Part shown: in pieces, positions 44,933 through 61,134 of the stretch | How the letters are laid out: every line of letters begins with the position of its first letter | Position numbering within the stretch: the stretch's first letter is position 1 | Assembly (NCBI GenBank): GCA_964016885.1 | Contig: OZ024747.1 | Location: forward strand, 55,862,001-55,926,000 | DNA length: 64,000 nucleotides | Direction of reading: 5' to 3' | Source of the DNA: Eledone cirrhosa | Lineage: Eukaryota | Translations under genes and position numbers: made by a program | The notes under the pieces: model-generated | What the model was told of the DNA's origin: nothing | Databases searched by the model: none | What the model saw: the letters and a program-made list of their open reading frames with translations, nothing else

Positions 44933-45532
44933 TTGAATACTGTTGTCCACTGTGGTCTCCCCACACGAAACAAAGTATCATGAAACTTGAAGCTCCTCAA
45001 AGGGCAATCACGAAAAAGATAGATGGCATGTCAGACCTTGACTACTGGGGTCGACTAGAAAAGCTGAAACTTTACTCACTCCAACGTCGCCGTGAGAGTT
45101 ATATTATCTGCATGATGTGGAAAATGTTCCATCATCACTGCCCAAATGATGTTGGCATCGCCTTCAAGATACACCCAAGGCTTCGGCCCCGTGCTATCCG
45201 TCCCATACAAAAATCTAAATCGCAATTCATAACAACAATACGGCACAATTATTTCACCTCAATCGGCCCTGCTCTCTTCAACATCACACCAGGACACGTC
45301 AAAACAGAAACTGACCACACAAAATTCAAGAAGTCTTTGGACAAATTCCTCCAAGTAATCCCGGACAAACCACCCACACCCGGATATGTCTCCGCAAACA
45401 GTAATTCTCTTCTCGAATGGGCCATGGTGCCCAAATCCTGAATTGAAAGACTTCGCCAGGTGGTGCTATTAAGTTAGACATTGCCTGGGCCAATACTGGC
45501 CAAAACATTTCAAAGTTCAAAGTTCAAAGTTA
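44933..45532 (+). mobile_element. 3' fragment of the CR1/L2-group LINE
   Basis: Near-identical to 28454-29051. Confidence 0.95.
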
Positions 45533-46343
<811 letters not shown>

Positions 46344-49300
46344 ATCATCATCATCACCGTTTTACGTCCGTTCTTCCACGCTAGCATGGGTTAGACGGGT
46401 TGTCCTGTTGTGGGCAGTGTCTGGTCGGCTGACCATGCCTTGCTCATACAGGAACTGATCTGGCTTGATTTCTACAGCTGGATGCCCTTCCTAACACCAA
46501 CCTCATTTACAGTGAGTGCTGGGTGCTTTTTCGTGGCGCCTACACGTCCACTTTACAGTGTGGGCTGGGTGCTTTTTTGCCGTGGCACCTCCACGACCAC
46601 CTTGCGGTGGGGGGGGGGGGCATATTGTTTATATGCTTCAGCATGTACCCATGGGAGGTCGGGTACCCTGTATTACTGCGTGACGCCAGAAGTCACGGTC
46701 GTGTGTCATTGACTTTGAGAGGTGTAGTTGGGTAAGGTCGGCTTTTATCATCTCATCCCAAGTCATCTTGGGTCTCCCCACTCCGCGGTTTCCATCAACT
46801 TCTAGTGCTCTGCACCTTTTTATGCAGCTGTCATCCTTCATACGCATCACATGTCCATACCAGCGTAACCGCCTCTCCTGCACGCAGCATTTGATTCCTC
46901 TTATGCTCAGTCTCTCTCTCAATTCATTTATGCTTTGTCGTTCACGTATATTACTGTTACACATCCATCGGAGCATGCAGGCTTCGTTTCTCTCTAATCT
47001 ACGTAAGTCTTCCACCTTCAGCGCCCAGGTCTCACTACCATGCAACATCGCTGTTCGGATACACGCATCATACAGTCTGCCTTTCATTCTGAGGGAGAAG
47101 CCTTTTGCAGCTAGCAGTGGTAGTAGTTCCCTAAACTTCTTCCATCCCGTTCTTACCCTAGTTATTGTACTTTCTGAGCACCCACCTCCGTTGCTAATTC
47201 GGTCACCTAGGTAGCAGAAGCTGTCTACTGTTTCTACAGGGCCCTCCCAGAGATTGGTGGTACTTGTTTCCTGTGGCTGTTTGCTTGCTGTTTCAGCACA
47301 GCTGCTGCATGTGAATCCTACATTCTTAATTAAGCTTCCTGAGATCCCGCTACATCTCTTGTGTACCCATTGTTTGCATTTGGGGCAAAGAATGGAGTTC
47401 CTACCTACACCTTTCCTACATACTGAGCAAGGCCATTTCCCTGAGGGGATCTGGGTTCTGTTTTCTCGTCTACTTATAAGGACCTTAGTCTTTGTCATGT
47501 TGACTTTGAGGCCCTTTCTCTCTAGTCCCTGCTTCCAGGTTTGGAATTTATTCTCTAGTTCTACCATAGATTCAGCTATGAGTGCGAGGTCATCAGCATA
47601 CAGGAGTTCCCATGGGCATCCGGTCTTAAACTCCTCCGTTATTGCCTGCAGGACTATGATGAACAGGAGAGGGCTAAGAACAGAGCCCTGGTGGACCCCA
47701 ACCTGTACGCTAAATTCCTCGCTATACTCATTGCCAATCCTAACTTTGCTGACTGCTCCCCTATACATGGCTTGTACCGCTTTCACAAGCCATTCATCTA
47801 CTCCTAGTTTTCTAAGAGCCCACCAGATTACTGCACGTGGAACTCTGTCAAAGGCTTTCTCAAGGTCGACAAATGCCAAGTAGAGTGGCTTACTTTTAGC
47901 TAGGTACTTTTCCTGTAATTGCCTCACAAGGAAGAGCGCATCAGTGGTGCCTTTCCCTGGAACAAACCCAAATTGCATCTCGTCTATATTCACCCGGTCC
48001 CTAATCAGCTGTGCTATAACTCTTTCTGTTACTTTCATGACCTGGTCCATCAACTTTATACCTCTATAGTTTCCTCTATCTAGTGCATCGCCTTTACCTT
48101 TGTAGCAGTTGACAATGATGCTACTGCACCAATCTTTTGGTATGGCCCCCTCTAGTATTACCTGGTTAACGATACGTGTGGTTATAGTGTGACCTACAGA
48201 CCCAGATGCCTTCAGCATCTCGGCAGCTATACCCGATGGACCGGTTGCCTTCCCTATCTTCATATCTCTGATTGCCTTACTTACTACGCTGCCGCTGACT
48301 TGTACTGCTGGTCCCTCTATAGGGTCTACGTGGGGTAGGGTCTCTTCTTCCCATGCATTCTCCTCATTTAGTAATCTATCATAATGACTCTTCCATGCAT
48401 CTTTCTTCTCAGCACTTGTGAGGGCAAGCTCACCTTTATCATTCCGGATACACTTCTCTCCAATGACATCACAACTATCTCTGACACACTGCCTCGCAAT
48501 CTTGAATACCTCCTGTTTCTGGTCCTCACGTTGTAAAACATGCTTGAATTTTCTATCCTCTGCTTCCCTCCTAGCTAAGTATACTTGTCGCCTAGCTTCC
48601 CTCTTGGTCTCTATGTAATGTACCCTGCTCCCCCCGTTCTTCCATTCTTTCCATGCCTGTCTCTTGGCCTTGACTGCTTCATCTACCTTATTGTTCCACC
48701 ACCAAGTCACTCTCCTCCTGCTTGAGGTCTTACTCCAGCCACAAACCTCATCCGTCGCCTCTAGTAAGTTATTTTTTAGGAACTCCCAGTTCTCTTCTAC
48801 GTTAAATGTCTCTATCTGTTCTTCTTTACTGTCGTAGGCGTTGAGTAAAATATCTTTAAATCTGTTACTGGTTGAGGGGACTTTCAGCTTCCAGATCTTT
48901 CTTCTCCAGGTTGGCCTCTGTTTCAGGGCTCGTCTAGTTCTGACCGTGAGGTCGCTGACAACTAAGCTATGTTGGGATGTACATTCCTCACTAGGGAAGG
49001 CTTTTGTGTTTACGACCGTCCATCTGTCACGTCCTCTGATGAGGATAAAATCTAACTGACTAGAGTGCTCCCCTGATCTATAGGTGATCAGGTGGTTGTC
49101 GGGTTTTTTAAAGTTTGTGTTACATATCGACATGTCATTGGCGTCGCAGAATTCTAGAAGTCTGAATCCTTCCTCATTCCTTGTGCCAACTCCATGGCCT
49201 CCATGTACTCTATTGAAGCCATCGCAGTGTTTACCTACGTGTCCGTTAAAATCTCCTGCAATGATTAGGAAGTCCTTGTCGTCTGTTAGAGCAGTAGTGT

Positions 49301-49765
49301 GTATTAGGGACTCGTAAAACCTATCCTTAAGTTCGTCTGGCAGCCCCGATTGGGGTGCGTAAGCTGATATTATTGTGGTAATTGTCTTATTCAGGACTAG
49401 TCTGAGTTTAATGATTCTTGCATTTACCCTGTACACTGAGATTACTTTATCTACCCACTTGTCAGCTAATAGTATACCTACACCACCCATCCCATCGTCA
49501 TTTCCCACCCAGAAAAATTTGTAGCACTGGCTTTTTCCTACAAGGACTCTAGCAGACCCTCCTCTCCATCTAGTCTCTTGCACACAGCATACATCAACTT
49601 CCTTTCGCTCTAGCATTTCTACGATTTCTCCTGCTCTTCCTTTCATTGAGCCTACATTGATGGTACCAACTCGGAGTTTTGGGCATTTGTCGACACTCGT
49701 AGGGGAGGGTCTCTGGGTTGGCGCTTCACGTGGGTGCTTGGTAGCTCGCAGATTCATATTTCGTA
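46344..49765 (-). mobile_element. RTE-clade LINE (RTE-A), near full length
   Basis: Single ORF, ~290-nt 3' UTR, (GAT)n tail, (TA)n on both sides. Confidence 0.96.
46638..49757 (-). CDS. RTE polyprotein: APE endonuclease, reverse transcriptase and internal PHD-type finger
   Basis: 1039 aa uninterrupted; [44 protein letters not shown]. Confidence 0.95.
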   Translation of the reverse strand: MNLRATKHPREAPTQRPSPTSVDKCPKLRVGTINVGSMKGRAGEIVEMLERKEVDVCCVQETRWRGGSARVLVGKSQCYKFFWVGNDDGMGGVGILLADKWVDKVISVYRVNARIIKLRLVLNKTITTIISAYAPQSGLPDELKDRFYESLIHTTALTDDKDFLIIAGDFNGHVGKHCDGFNRVHGGHGVGTRNEEGFRLLEFCDANDMSICNTNFKKPDNHLITYRSGEHSSQLDFILIRGRDRWTVVNTKAFPSEECTSQHSLVVSDLTVRTRRALKQRPTWRRKIWKLKVPSTSNRFKDILLNAYDSKEEQIETFNVEENWEFLKNNLLEATDEVCGWSKTSSRRRVTWWWNNKVDEAVKAKRQAWKEWKNGGSRVHYIETKREARRQVYLARREAEDRKFKHVLQREDQKQEVFKIARQCVRDSCDVIGEKCIRNDKGELALTSAEKKDAWKSHYDRLLNEENAWEEETLPHVDPIEGPAVQVSGSVVSKAIRDMKIGKATGPSGIAAEMLKASGSVGHTITTRIVNQVILEGAIPKDWCSSIIVNCYKGKGDALDRGNYRGIKLMDQVMKVTERVIAQLIRDRVNIDEMQFGFVPGKGTTDALFLVRQLQEKYLAKSKPLYLAFVDLEKAFDRVPRAVIWWALRKLGVDEWLVKAVQAMYRGAVSKVRIGNEYSEEFSVQVGVHQGSVLSPLLFIIVLQAITEEFKTGCPWELLYADDLALIAESMVELENKFQTWKQGLERKGLKVNMTKTKVLISRRENRTQIPSGKWPCSVCRKGVGRNSILCPKCKQWVHKRCSGISGSLIKNVGFTCSSCAETASKQPQETSTTNLWEGPVETVDSFCYLGDRISNGGGCSESTITRVRTGWKKFRELLPLLAAKGFSLRMKGRLYDACIRTAMLHGSETWALKVEDLRRLERNEACMLRWMCNSNIRERQSINELRERLSIRGIKCCVQERRLRWYGHVMRMKDDSCIKRCRALEVDGNRGVGRPKMTWDEMIKADLTQLHLSKSMTHDRDFWRHAVIQGTRPPMGTC

Positions 49766-50055
49766 TATATATATGTATATATGTATATATATATGTATAT
49801 ATGTATATATATATATGTATATATATATAAATGTATATATATGTATATATATATGTATATATATATATATGTATATATATGTATATATATGTATATATAT
49901 ATATGTATATATATGTATATATATGTATATATATATGTATATGTATATATATGTATATATATGTATATATATATGTATATATATATATGTGTATATATAT
50001 ATGTATATATATATATATGTATGTATATATATATATAATATATATGTATATATAT

Positions 50056-50086
<31 letters not shown>

Positions 50087-50209
50087 GTATGTATATATAT
50101 ATATAATATATATGTATATATATAATATATATGTATATATATATATATAATATATATGTATATATATAATATATATGTATATATATATATAATATATATG
50201 TATATATAT

Positions 50210-50240
<31 letters not shown>

Positions 50241-50740
50241 GTATGTATATATATATATAATATATATGTATATATATAATATATATGTATATATATATAT
50301 AATATATATGTATATATATAATATATATGTATATATATATATAATATATATGTATATATATAATATATATGTATATATATATATATAATATATATGTATA
50401 TATATAATATATATGTATATATATATATAATATATATGTATATATATATAATATATATGTATATATATATATAATATATATATATATATATAATATATAT
50501 GTATATATATAATATATATGTATATATATATATAATATATATGTATATATATAATATATATGTATATATATATATAATATACGTATATATGTGTATATAT
50601 ATGTATATATATATATGCATGTATATATATATATAATATATATGTATATATATGTATATATGTATATATATATATGTATATATATATATATAATATATAT
50701 GTATATATATATATGTATATATATATATATAATATATAAG

Positions 50741-50771
<31 letters not shown>

Positions 50772-50924
50772 GTATATATATATGTATATATATATAAATA
50801 TGTATATGTATATATATATGTATATATATATATATATGTATTTATATATGTATATATATATGTATATATGTATATATATATGTATATATATATGTATATA
50901 TATATATATATGTATATATATATG

Positions 50925-50977
<53 letters not shown>

Positions 50978-51140
50978 GTATATATGTATATGTATATATA
51001 TATGTATATATATATGTATATATATATGTATATATGTATATATGTATATGTATATATGTATATATGTATATGTATATATGTATATGTATATATGTATATG
51101 TATATATATATATGTATATATATATATGTATATATATATA

Positions 51141-51318
51141 TTACTCGTTTACTCGTTTACCTGTTTCAGCCATCCGGCTGAGGCCATGCTGGGGCACCGC
51201 CCTTGTTGCTACACATTTTATCTCCAGCCTGTATAGGTTGGCCACTGGTGTAGGAGGGAGTTTGTTGCTGCTGCCCTTAGGTTTCCCTCGTGTCTTGCTG
51301 TGGGCTCATCCGGGTCAT
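51141..51318 (-). mobile_element. 3' end of another CR1/L2-group LINE
   Basis: PDEPT...[11 protein letters not shown] resembles [15 protein letters not shown]; tail of gtaaacga repeats. Confidence 0.6.
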
Positions 51319-51657
51319 ATGTATATATATATGTATATATATATATGTATATATATATATGTATGTATATATATATATATGTATATATATATGTATATAT
51401 ATATATGTATATATATATGTATATGTATATGTAGATATATATGTATATATGTATATATATATATATATGTATATGTATATATGTATATATATATATGTAT
51501 ATGTATATATGTATATGTATATATGTATATGTATATATGTATATATATATATGTATATATATATATGTATATATATATATGTATATATATATGTATATAT
51601 ATGTATATATATATGTATATATGTATATGTATATATATGTATATATATATGTATATA

Positions 51658-51704
<47 letters not shown>

Positions 51705-52102
51705 GTATATATGTATATATATATGTATATATGTATATATGTATATATATATGTATATATGTATATGTATATATATGTATATATATATGTATATATATAT
51801 GTATATATGTATATATATGTATATATATATGTATATATATATGTATATATATATGTATATGTATATATATGGATATATAGAGGGATATATATATGTATAT
51901 ATGTACATATATGGATATATATATATATGTGCATATATATGTATATATATATGTATATATATGTATATATATACATATATGATGTTGTATATGTATATAT
52001 ATATGTATATATATATATGTATATATATATGTATATATATATGTATATGTATATGTATATATATACATATATATATACATATATATGTATATATATACAT
52101 AT

Positions 52103-52486
52103 ATGATGTTGGCATCGCCTTCAAGATACACCCAAGGCTTGGGCCCCGTGCTATCCGTCCCATTCAAAAATCTAAATCGCAACTCATAACAACAATATGG
52201 CACAATTATTTCACCTCAATCGGCCCTGCTCTCTTCAACATCACACCAGGACACGTCAAAACAGAAACTGACCACACAAAATTCAAGAAGTCTTTGGACA
52301 AATTCCTCCAAGTAATCCCGGACAAACCACCCACACCCGGATATGTCTCCGCAAACAGTAATTCTCTTCTCGAATGGGCCATGGTGCCCAAATCCTGAAT
52401 TGAAAGTCTTCGCCAGGTGGTGCTATTAAGTTAGACATGGCCTGGGCCAATACTGGCCAAAACATTTCAAAGTTATTCAAAGTTAT
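52103..52486 (+). mobile_element. short 3' fragment of the CR1/L2-group LINE
   Basis: Near-identical to 28667-29051. Confidence 0.95.
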
Positions 52487-52691
52487 ATATATATGTGTAT
52501 ATATATATATATATGTATGTATATATGTATATATATATATGTATGTATATATGTATATATATATATGTATGTATATATGTATGTATATATATATATATGT
52601 ATGTATGTATGTATATATATATATGTATGTATATATATATATATGTATGTATGTATGTATATATATGTATATATATATATTTATATGTATG

Positions 52692-52722
<31 letters not shown>

Positions 52723-52753
52723 GTATATATGTATATATATATATATATGTATG

Positions 52754-52784
<31 letters not shown>

Positions 52785-52863
52785 GTATGTATATATATAT
52801 ATGTGTATATATGTATATATGTATGTATATATATATATGTGTATTTATATATATGTATATATA

Positions 52864-52904
<41 letters not shown>

Positions 52905-52931
52905 ATATATGTATATATGTATGTATATATA

Positions 52932-52991
<60 letters not shown>

Positions 52992-53069
52992 CATATGCAT
53001 ACATATATGCACATATACGTATATATATACATATATATATCTATCTATATATATATATATGTAAATATC

Positions 53070-53109
<40 letters not shown>

Positions 53110-53115
53110 TGTATA

Positions 53116-53221
<106 letters not shown>

Positions 53222-53698
53222 ATAAAATGAAAACGAAATTTCATTTCTCACTTTTAGTACGGCACTTACCTAAATGTGTCAGTGTTGAAGAAAAAGGTAA
53301 CGTGGTTGCCTTAACACCGTGCTGCATAAATTCAGGCTGTTCAGTTTGTTTACAAACGAACAAAGCGGGCGCTATAATAAGCGTCCGCTAAACTGATGCG
53401 TACATATATGTCTGTGTACCTGTATGTATATATGTATATATGTATATATATATATGCATGTTACTGTACGTCTGTATACATATATGTATGTACGTATACA
53501 TACATACTTACATGTATATATATATGTATATATAAATGTATATATATATAAATGTATATATATATAAATGTATATATATATATATGTATATATATGTATA
53601 TATATATATGTATATATATGTATATATATATATGTATATATAAATGTATATATATATATATATGTATATATATGTATATATATATATGTATATATAAA

Positions 53699-53731
<33 letters not shown>

Positions 53732-53824
53732 ATATATATATGTATATATAAATGTATATATATATATGTATATATGTATATATATATGTATATATATATG
53801 TATATATATATGTATATATAAATG

Positions 53825-53857
<33 letters not shown>

Positions 53858-54234
53858 GTATATGTATATATATATATACATATGCATACATATATGCGCA
53901 TATACGTATATATATATATACATATGCATACATATATGCGCATATACGTATATATATACATACATATATATATATATATGTATATTATATATATATATAC
54001 ATACATATATATATATATATATGTATATTATATATATATATACATACATATATATATATATATATGTATATTATATATATATATATGTATACTATATATA
54101 TATATATATATATGTATATTATATATATATATATATATGTATATTATATATATATATATATATGTATATTATATATATATATATGTATATTATATATATA
54201 TATATGTATATTATATATATATATATATGTATAT

Positions 54235-54360
<126 letters not shown>

Positions 54361-54370
54361 AACCAGTAAG

Positions 54371-54464
54371 ACCCCGACAGTTGAGCTCAAGCCGTTTCGA
54401 CGGCTAATTCTGGACTAAATGAAAATTTATTCTGGTATTTAAATAGCCGATCTTCTCAAGGGGT
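54371..54464 (-). ncRNA. type I hammerhead ribozyme, U3-A8 core variant with extended stem II
   Basis: acccc-TTGAGAA-gatcggcta...tagccgtc-GAAA-cggc ttgagctcaa ct-GTC-ggggt; all three stems pair. Confidence 0.82.
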
Positions 54465-55423
54465 AATTCCATATATGGTCAAAGTGATTGTCAAAAATCA
54501 GTAGTAATTCTGTGGTTGCAAATTAGTAGGGGAGATGGTGGCTAAACCTGCCAGTAGGAGAAAGAGGGGAGGGGGTGGAGTAGCCCCAATCAAGCGTTTG
54601 TAGTGCCAGCTACAGCTGGGCATGAGGTCAAAGAAGATACAGGGGAGGGGGAGGGGGGGGGGAAGTCGGAACGGTAGGTAGAACAATGGGGGGTAGAAAT
54701 AATACTGAGAGTGAAGAAAAGCAAATAAGTGTAAAGATAAACAAATGAGTGTAAAGAAAAAAGTAAAGTAAATTAAATTCTACGACCTAGGTCTCTAGCT
54801 ATTGTTAGTCTAGAAAAAATAAATAAATAAAGAAAGAAAGAAGTAAAGAAAGAAATAAAGAAATAACGAAATAAGTAAAAGAACTAGGTGGGACGGAATA
54901 GGCGAGGACCCTTTTAAGAGGTATAAGTACGTAAATGATACGGTGACGGGTCAACAAAAGGGGCCAAAATACTAAAGAGACTACCACGAAATAAACAATA
55001 AAGGTTTCCATCCCGGGCACAATTCCGGCAACCACCCAGTGCAGCAAAGTGAACTAATACGAGATAATAATTCTGAGTCCCGAGAAAAATATATACTAAT
55101 GCTAACTCTAAAAGATCTAAAACAAGCTACATGAAAGTTCGTACGAAGTAAAAGTAGAATACGGAAGAATAAATTCAGAATCCACCCCGCCCAAAAGAAA
55201 AGCGAAGAAAGAAATACTGAAACGAAAAAATAAGGCATAAGTGCCACTAAGAAATATAGAGGGCACAGAGAGTAGTGGGAGCGGTCGGAAAAAGGGGACA
55301 AGTATCCGGGGTCTAAACCAACTGCTATAAAGGGCGGAGTCCGCCAAATCTATCCTAGACTAGGGGAGGGGGTGGGGGTACATATATATATATATATATA
55401 TATGTATATTATATATATATGTA

Positions 55424-55644
<221 letters not shown>

Positions 55645-55652
55645 ATATATAT

Positions 55653-55696
<44 letters not shown>

Positions 55697-55702
55697 ATAT
55701 AT

Positions 55703-55733
<31 letters not shown>

Positions 55734-55791
55734 CGTGGGAAAGTAAAAAATCGGAGAATAGACCGTTAAAACATGTTTATTTAAAATATCA

Positions 55792-55827
55792 CCTACGTAC
55801 GTTTCGCCCAGTTGGGCTTCTCAAGGG
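55792..55827 (-). ncRNA. minimal type I hammerhead ribozyme, U3-A8 variant, in the PLE 3' region
   Basis: ccc-TTGAGAA-gccc aact gggc-GAAA-cgtac-GTA-gg; palindromic acgtacgt stem III. Confidence 0.8.
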
Positions 55828-56126
55828 CATAAATAATCACAAGTGTTCCTTATATAGTTCGGAAAGAGTTTTGGGGGTTAAATCTACATCAAGATTCATT
55901 GCTCGCAAAAATATCTTGTTTTGATTTTGCAGCAGGTCAAGGGAGGTAACTCTGGCCGGTGTTAGGGCAGTCTTTCCCGGATAATTTTTTTTTTTTTTTT
56001 TTTTCTTGCCGCATCCGTTTGTCTGAGGCTGGGCCTGGTATGCAAGGATTGTTTTCTGGGTGTTATTTTGCTGCGCCTGCCCGCCGGGGTGTTAAGACTT
56101 GTTGCAGGGAGATCCAGTGTACTATT

Positions 56127-57038
56127 TCACTCTTCATTCTTAACCCATCTAAAGAAGGATATTTTAAAGCGATGTGTACAACTTATCGCTGTTTCAGCTC
56201 TGCTGTTGATGAGCTCGTGGGGTGCAGTTATGATGTGGTAGAGCTCCATGAGGCAAAGATCGCATTTCCTCTTGAAGTTGTACGGTGCAGCCCTGCCGAC
56301 AATCTCCCAGTGCGTGGAGAAGCTGATGTTTAAGTCCTTTAGTGATGTGATGTAGTCCGCGAGCGAAGTGGAGTGCCTTAGTTTTCTATTTGTGAAAGAG
56401 TGGAGATGTGTTCGAAACCTAATTTTGAACGGGCCGGAGGTGGCCCCTATATAATGTTTAACGCTATTGTGGCTAGTAATAGTGTATCTATATATAACCC
56501 TATCAGTCAAGCAGTATCCTCTAAGGGGGCAGCGTCCTCTGTCGCGGCAGTTGCAATTTCTGTTGCGGTTCCGTCTATTTCCCACGGTAAGGCTATCATT
56601 GTTGCTGCCTACGTTGTTACCTACGCTACCGCAGCTGTCGTTAGCACAATTACAACCCACAGCACGCGGGATGGTTCGATTGTTATTCGGCACGTCATGT
56701 TCTGCATGTTCCCCAGTCACTTCACGGTCATTCTGGTTGCGTCTGCGGATGCCGTTGCCAACACTATTGGATGCTGTCAGGGAGTTGTTAAGGCCGATAT
56801 AGTTATTGTCAGGTGTAGGTGCGTCTGTGTCGAGGTGCTGTGTCTTGGTGATCTTACTGTGGTTCGTTGTTCCTATGATGTCTGCTAGGTTAGGAGTAGT
56901 AGAGAAGGAAATTTTTATATTGTTCCTATTAAGAATTTTTCTATACCTATGGTTGGGTGGGAAGTTCTTCTCTAAGGCTTCGAAGAATATCCGGGGTATG
57001 TTGGAGGCCACACTTCGAGAGTAGGGGGGTGGAACCAT
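56127..57038 (-). pseudogene. PLE linker and GIY-YIG endonuclease frame
   Basis: RVIYRY..KHYIGAT..FK.R..H, CDLCL.E. Confidence 0.88.
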
Positions 57039-57147
57039 AGGACGTTACGGTGGCGATTATGTGTCCTTGTACTTTTGCTACGGGTGGTTCCATCTAAGTG
57101 ATTGCTCTTATGTGTGTTAATGCGCTGTCGCCCGTTCGGTGCCCCTT

Positions 57148-58632
57148 TCACTTTATGCTCGGGTGCACTCTTTCTACCTCTTCCATGTTATGTACACGAA
57201 GATGTTGGTTGGAAGGCGTTGGTAGTAGGCCGTCGCCTTTGTTGGTTTTGTAATAGGGGAATAGTTTGAGTAATCTACAGTATTCACCGTCGCCGGGGAC
57301 GTGATCTTTGGTGCGGTTATCTATTCTATTATATCCGACTTTAACGAGGTCGCCGCGTGATCGGTTATAGGTATGGCTTACTATAACGTTAGTTTTATGA
57401 GGGGGGTGGTTTCTAGAGCTAGCGTTAGGGATGTAGGAAATTCCTCGGTTAAAGCCGGCGCTTATCAGGGCCCTATTGTAGTAACCAGCCGCTTGGTTGA
57501 AGATATCCTCATTGGCGGATAGCCTCGAGATTCTATGTGAGATACTATAGACTATGAAGTTGAGAGTCTGCTTAGGGTGGTTGGAGGCATAATTAATATA
57601 AGAGAGGCACTCTCCAGGCTTATGGTATGGCTTGTATAAGCCCGTACTCAACTCCAGGGTCACGTCCAGGAAGTTGACAACCCTGTGGTTGAGGTCCATA
57701 GTTACGGATAGGCCGTATGACTTAAAGAACCTGTGTATATGTTTGTTAAGGTTCTCTATCCTACGGGGGCTATGGTTCCTAACGGTAAACAGGGCGTCGT
57801 CCCTATATACACCTCCTTGTAGGGCCGGTATTTCTTCCCTAAGCTTATGTAGGAGGTATATCCCAACCAGGTCAGTTGCTTGCGCTGAGTCGCTGGACCC
57901 CATCGTGACATCGAAGTTATCAGGACGGTTGGTTCTGGTCCAGTGGGAGCCTTCGAACTGGATAATGGTTCTACGTGCCGCTAGAATTATGTCTATTTCT
58001 TTTTTGGTGAGGCTAGTGTTAGATCTAGCTAAGATAAGTGCCTTATTTAAGGGTATGGGGGAGATAGAGGCGTAGTAGCTATCTATATCAAACTGGATGA
58101 ATTTCAGGGTGGCTTTATCCTGCAACTCGGTGAACCAATTTATGACCTGGTCGGTGTTGCCCCAGAGGCAGACCTTAGCCTTTCTATTAAGCTCGAGTAG
58201 TACTCTGTCGAGGATCACTTTACTAATCTTACCTATATCTGATGTAGAGGGGCATATTAGTCTAATAGAGGGGCTTTCATTAAAGTCATATTTGTGATCC
58301 TTAAGAGAGAATTTAGGCGTCAGAGGGACGTACGGGTTAGTGTACTTTTCTATTTCTAAGCTGGTGACTATATCCTTCCCTACTCTATTTATGTCATTTA
58401 GGGTACTAGAGGGTGTCTTTTTGTAGTCTTTGTGTAGTTCCTTATAGATGAATTTTTTATACTCACTCGCGTCCATCTTGTACAGCTTTTTGGTTTTGTC
58501 GGAGGTGACGAAGGGGTGCGGGTCATTCTTGATCTTAGTTATTAGTGTATCAAGGGACGTTAAGAATGGATTGCTGCATTGGTGTTTCTTTCTGAGCTTA
58601 ACGTTTTTGATCATTTTCACTATATGTATCAC
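57148..58632 (-). pseudogene. PLE reverse transcriptase frame
   Basis: 494-aa frame with PLE RT motifs; frameshifted relative to the endonuclease frame. Confidence 0.9.
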
Positions 58633-58669
58633 CTATCCCTCCTTTTTCTCTCTTTCTCGATACGTAAAT

Positions 58670-60200
<1,531 letters not shown>

Positions 60201-60549
60201 TGTGCATGTTCCTATACACTCACAAGAATATTACATAATACAGAAAAAAATATTAAATAAATGAAAGTGAATGATGACATAAGAAGAATACCAAAAAATA
60301 TAGAAATTAAATATTTATCAAGGAAAATTTGAGATGTAAAAATATTTAGAAAAGGTGAAATTCAATTTCTGCAAGCTTAGAGACAGATGGTCTGTAAGAA
60401 GATGATTTGCCTAAGATACACTTTATATCATATATATATCTACCATAGACCTTTATATTGTGTGTCATCTTTCATACTCTCTTCCATAACATTATCTCTC
60501 TTTACTATCACACTCCAGATTGTTGAGGTCATGATGACCTCAATAGTGT

Positions 60550-61075
60550 TGTTGCCATGATAAAATCCACCTGGTATAATCTGAAAAACGGTAATGATTG
60601 TACCACAATAAAATGCACCAAGTACACTCTGTAAAATGGTAGTACTTGCACCACAACAAAATACACCAAGTACACTCAGTAAAATGATAATTTCGGGGCC
60701 ACAATAAAATGTATCCTGTCCACTCAGCAAAGTATTAGTACTGGTGCCATGATGAATTTAGCCAATACATTCTCTAAAGTAGTCATGTTGTTGCCACAAT
60801 TAAATACACCCACTAATCTCTGTAAAATGGTAGTGCTGGTGTCATAATTTCACCCAGTCATTCTAAAAAGTGGTAGTGTGAGTTTCATGATAAAATGCAC
60901 ACAATACATTTTGCAAATTAGTAGCGTTGGTGCTATGATAAAATGCACTCAGTGCACCCTGAGTTTTATGAAACAAGCACCTATTGTAGGTGTAGTGTTG
61001 GGGTTAAGATAAAATGCTCTCAGTGAATTCTCTAAAAGAGTTGACATTCAGAATGGCATTCAGCTGTAGAAACCA
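60550..61075 (+). repeat. old array of ~46-bp units related to the array at 11223
   Basis: Units like gtgccacaataaaatgcaccaagtacactctgtaaaatggtagt; ends ggcattcagctgtagaaacc. Confidence 0.7.
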
Positions 61076-61134
61076 TGTTAAGTGATGACCATGACACCTC
61101 TTGAAATCCATATCTAGAACTTACCACCATAGTG

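Larger units (their letters stand above)
55733..58665 (-). mobile_element. Penelope-like element with C-terminal GIY-YIG, 5'-truncated (Nematis-like, tentative)
   Basis: RT FDIDSYY, FDVTMGS, YRDD, NFLDV; linker WF.PPYS; CNCR..CPL.G.C; VIY..YIG..R..H; hammerhead in the 3' region. Confidence 0.92.

Noticed and set aside
46768-49317. Plus-strand ORFs overlapping the RTE (also 19547-21398 and those antisense to the PLE and Gypsy)
   Set aside because: Antisense shadows of real coding sequence with no motifs of their own
57148-57150. TGA in the PLE as selenocysteine readthrough
   Set aside because: The frame after TGA stops again and the conserved downstream motif is in another frame, so this is a frameshift
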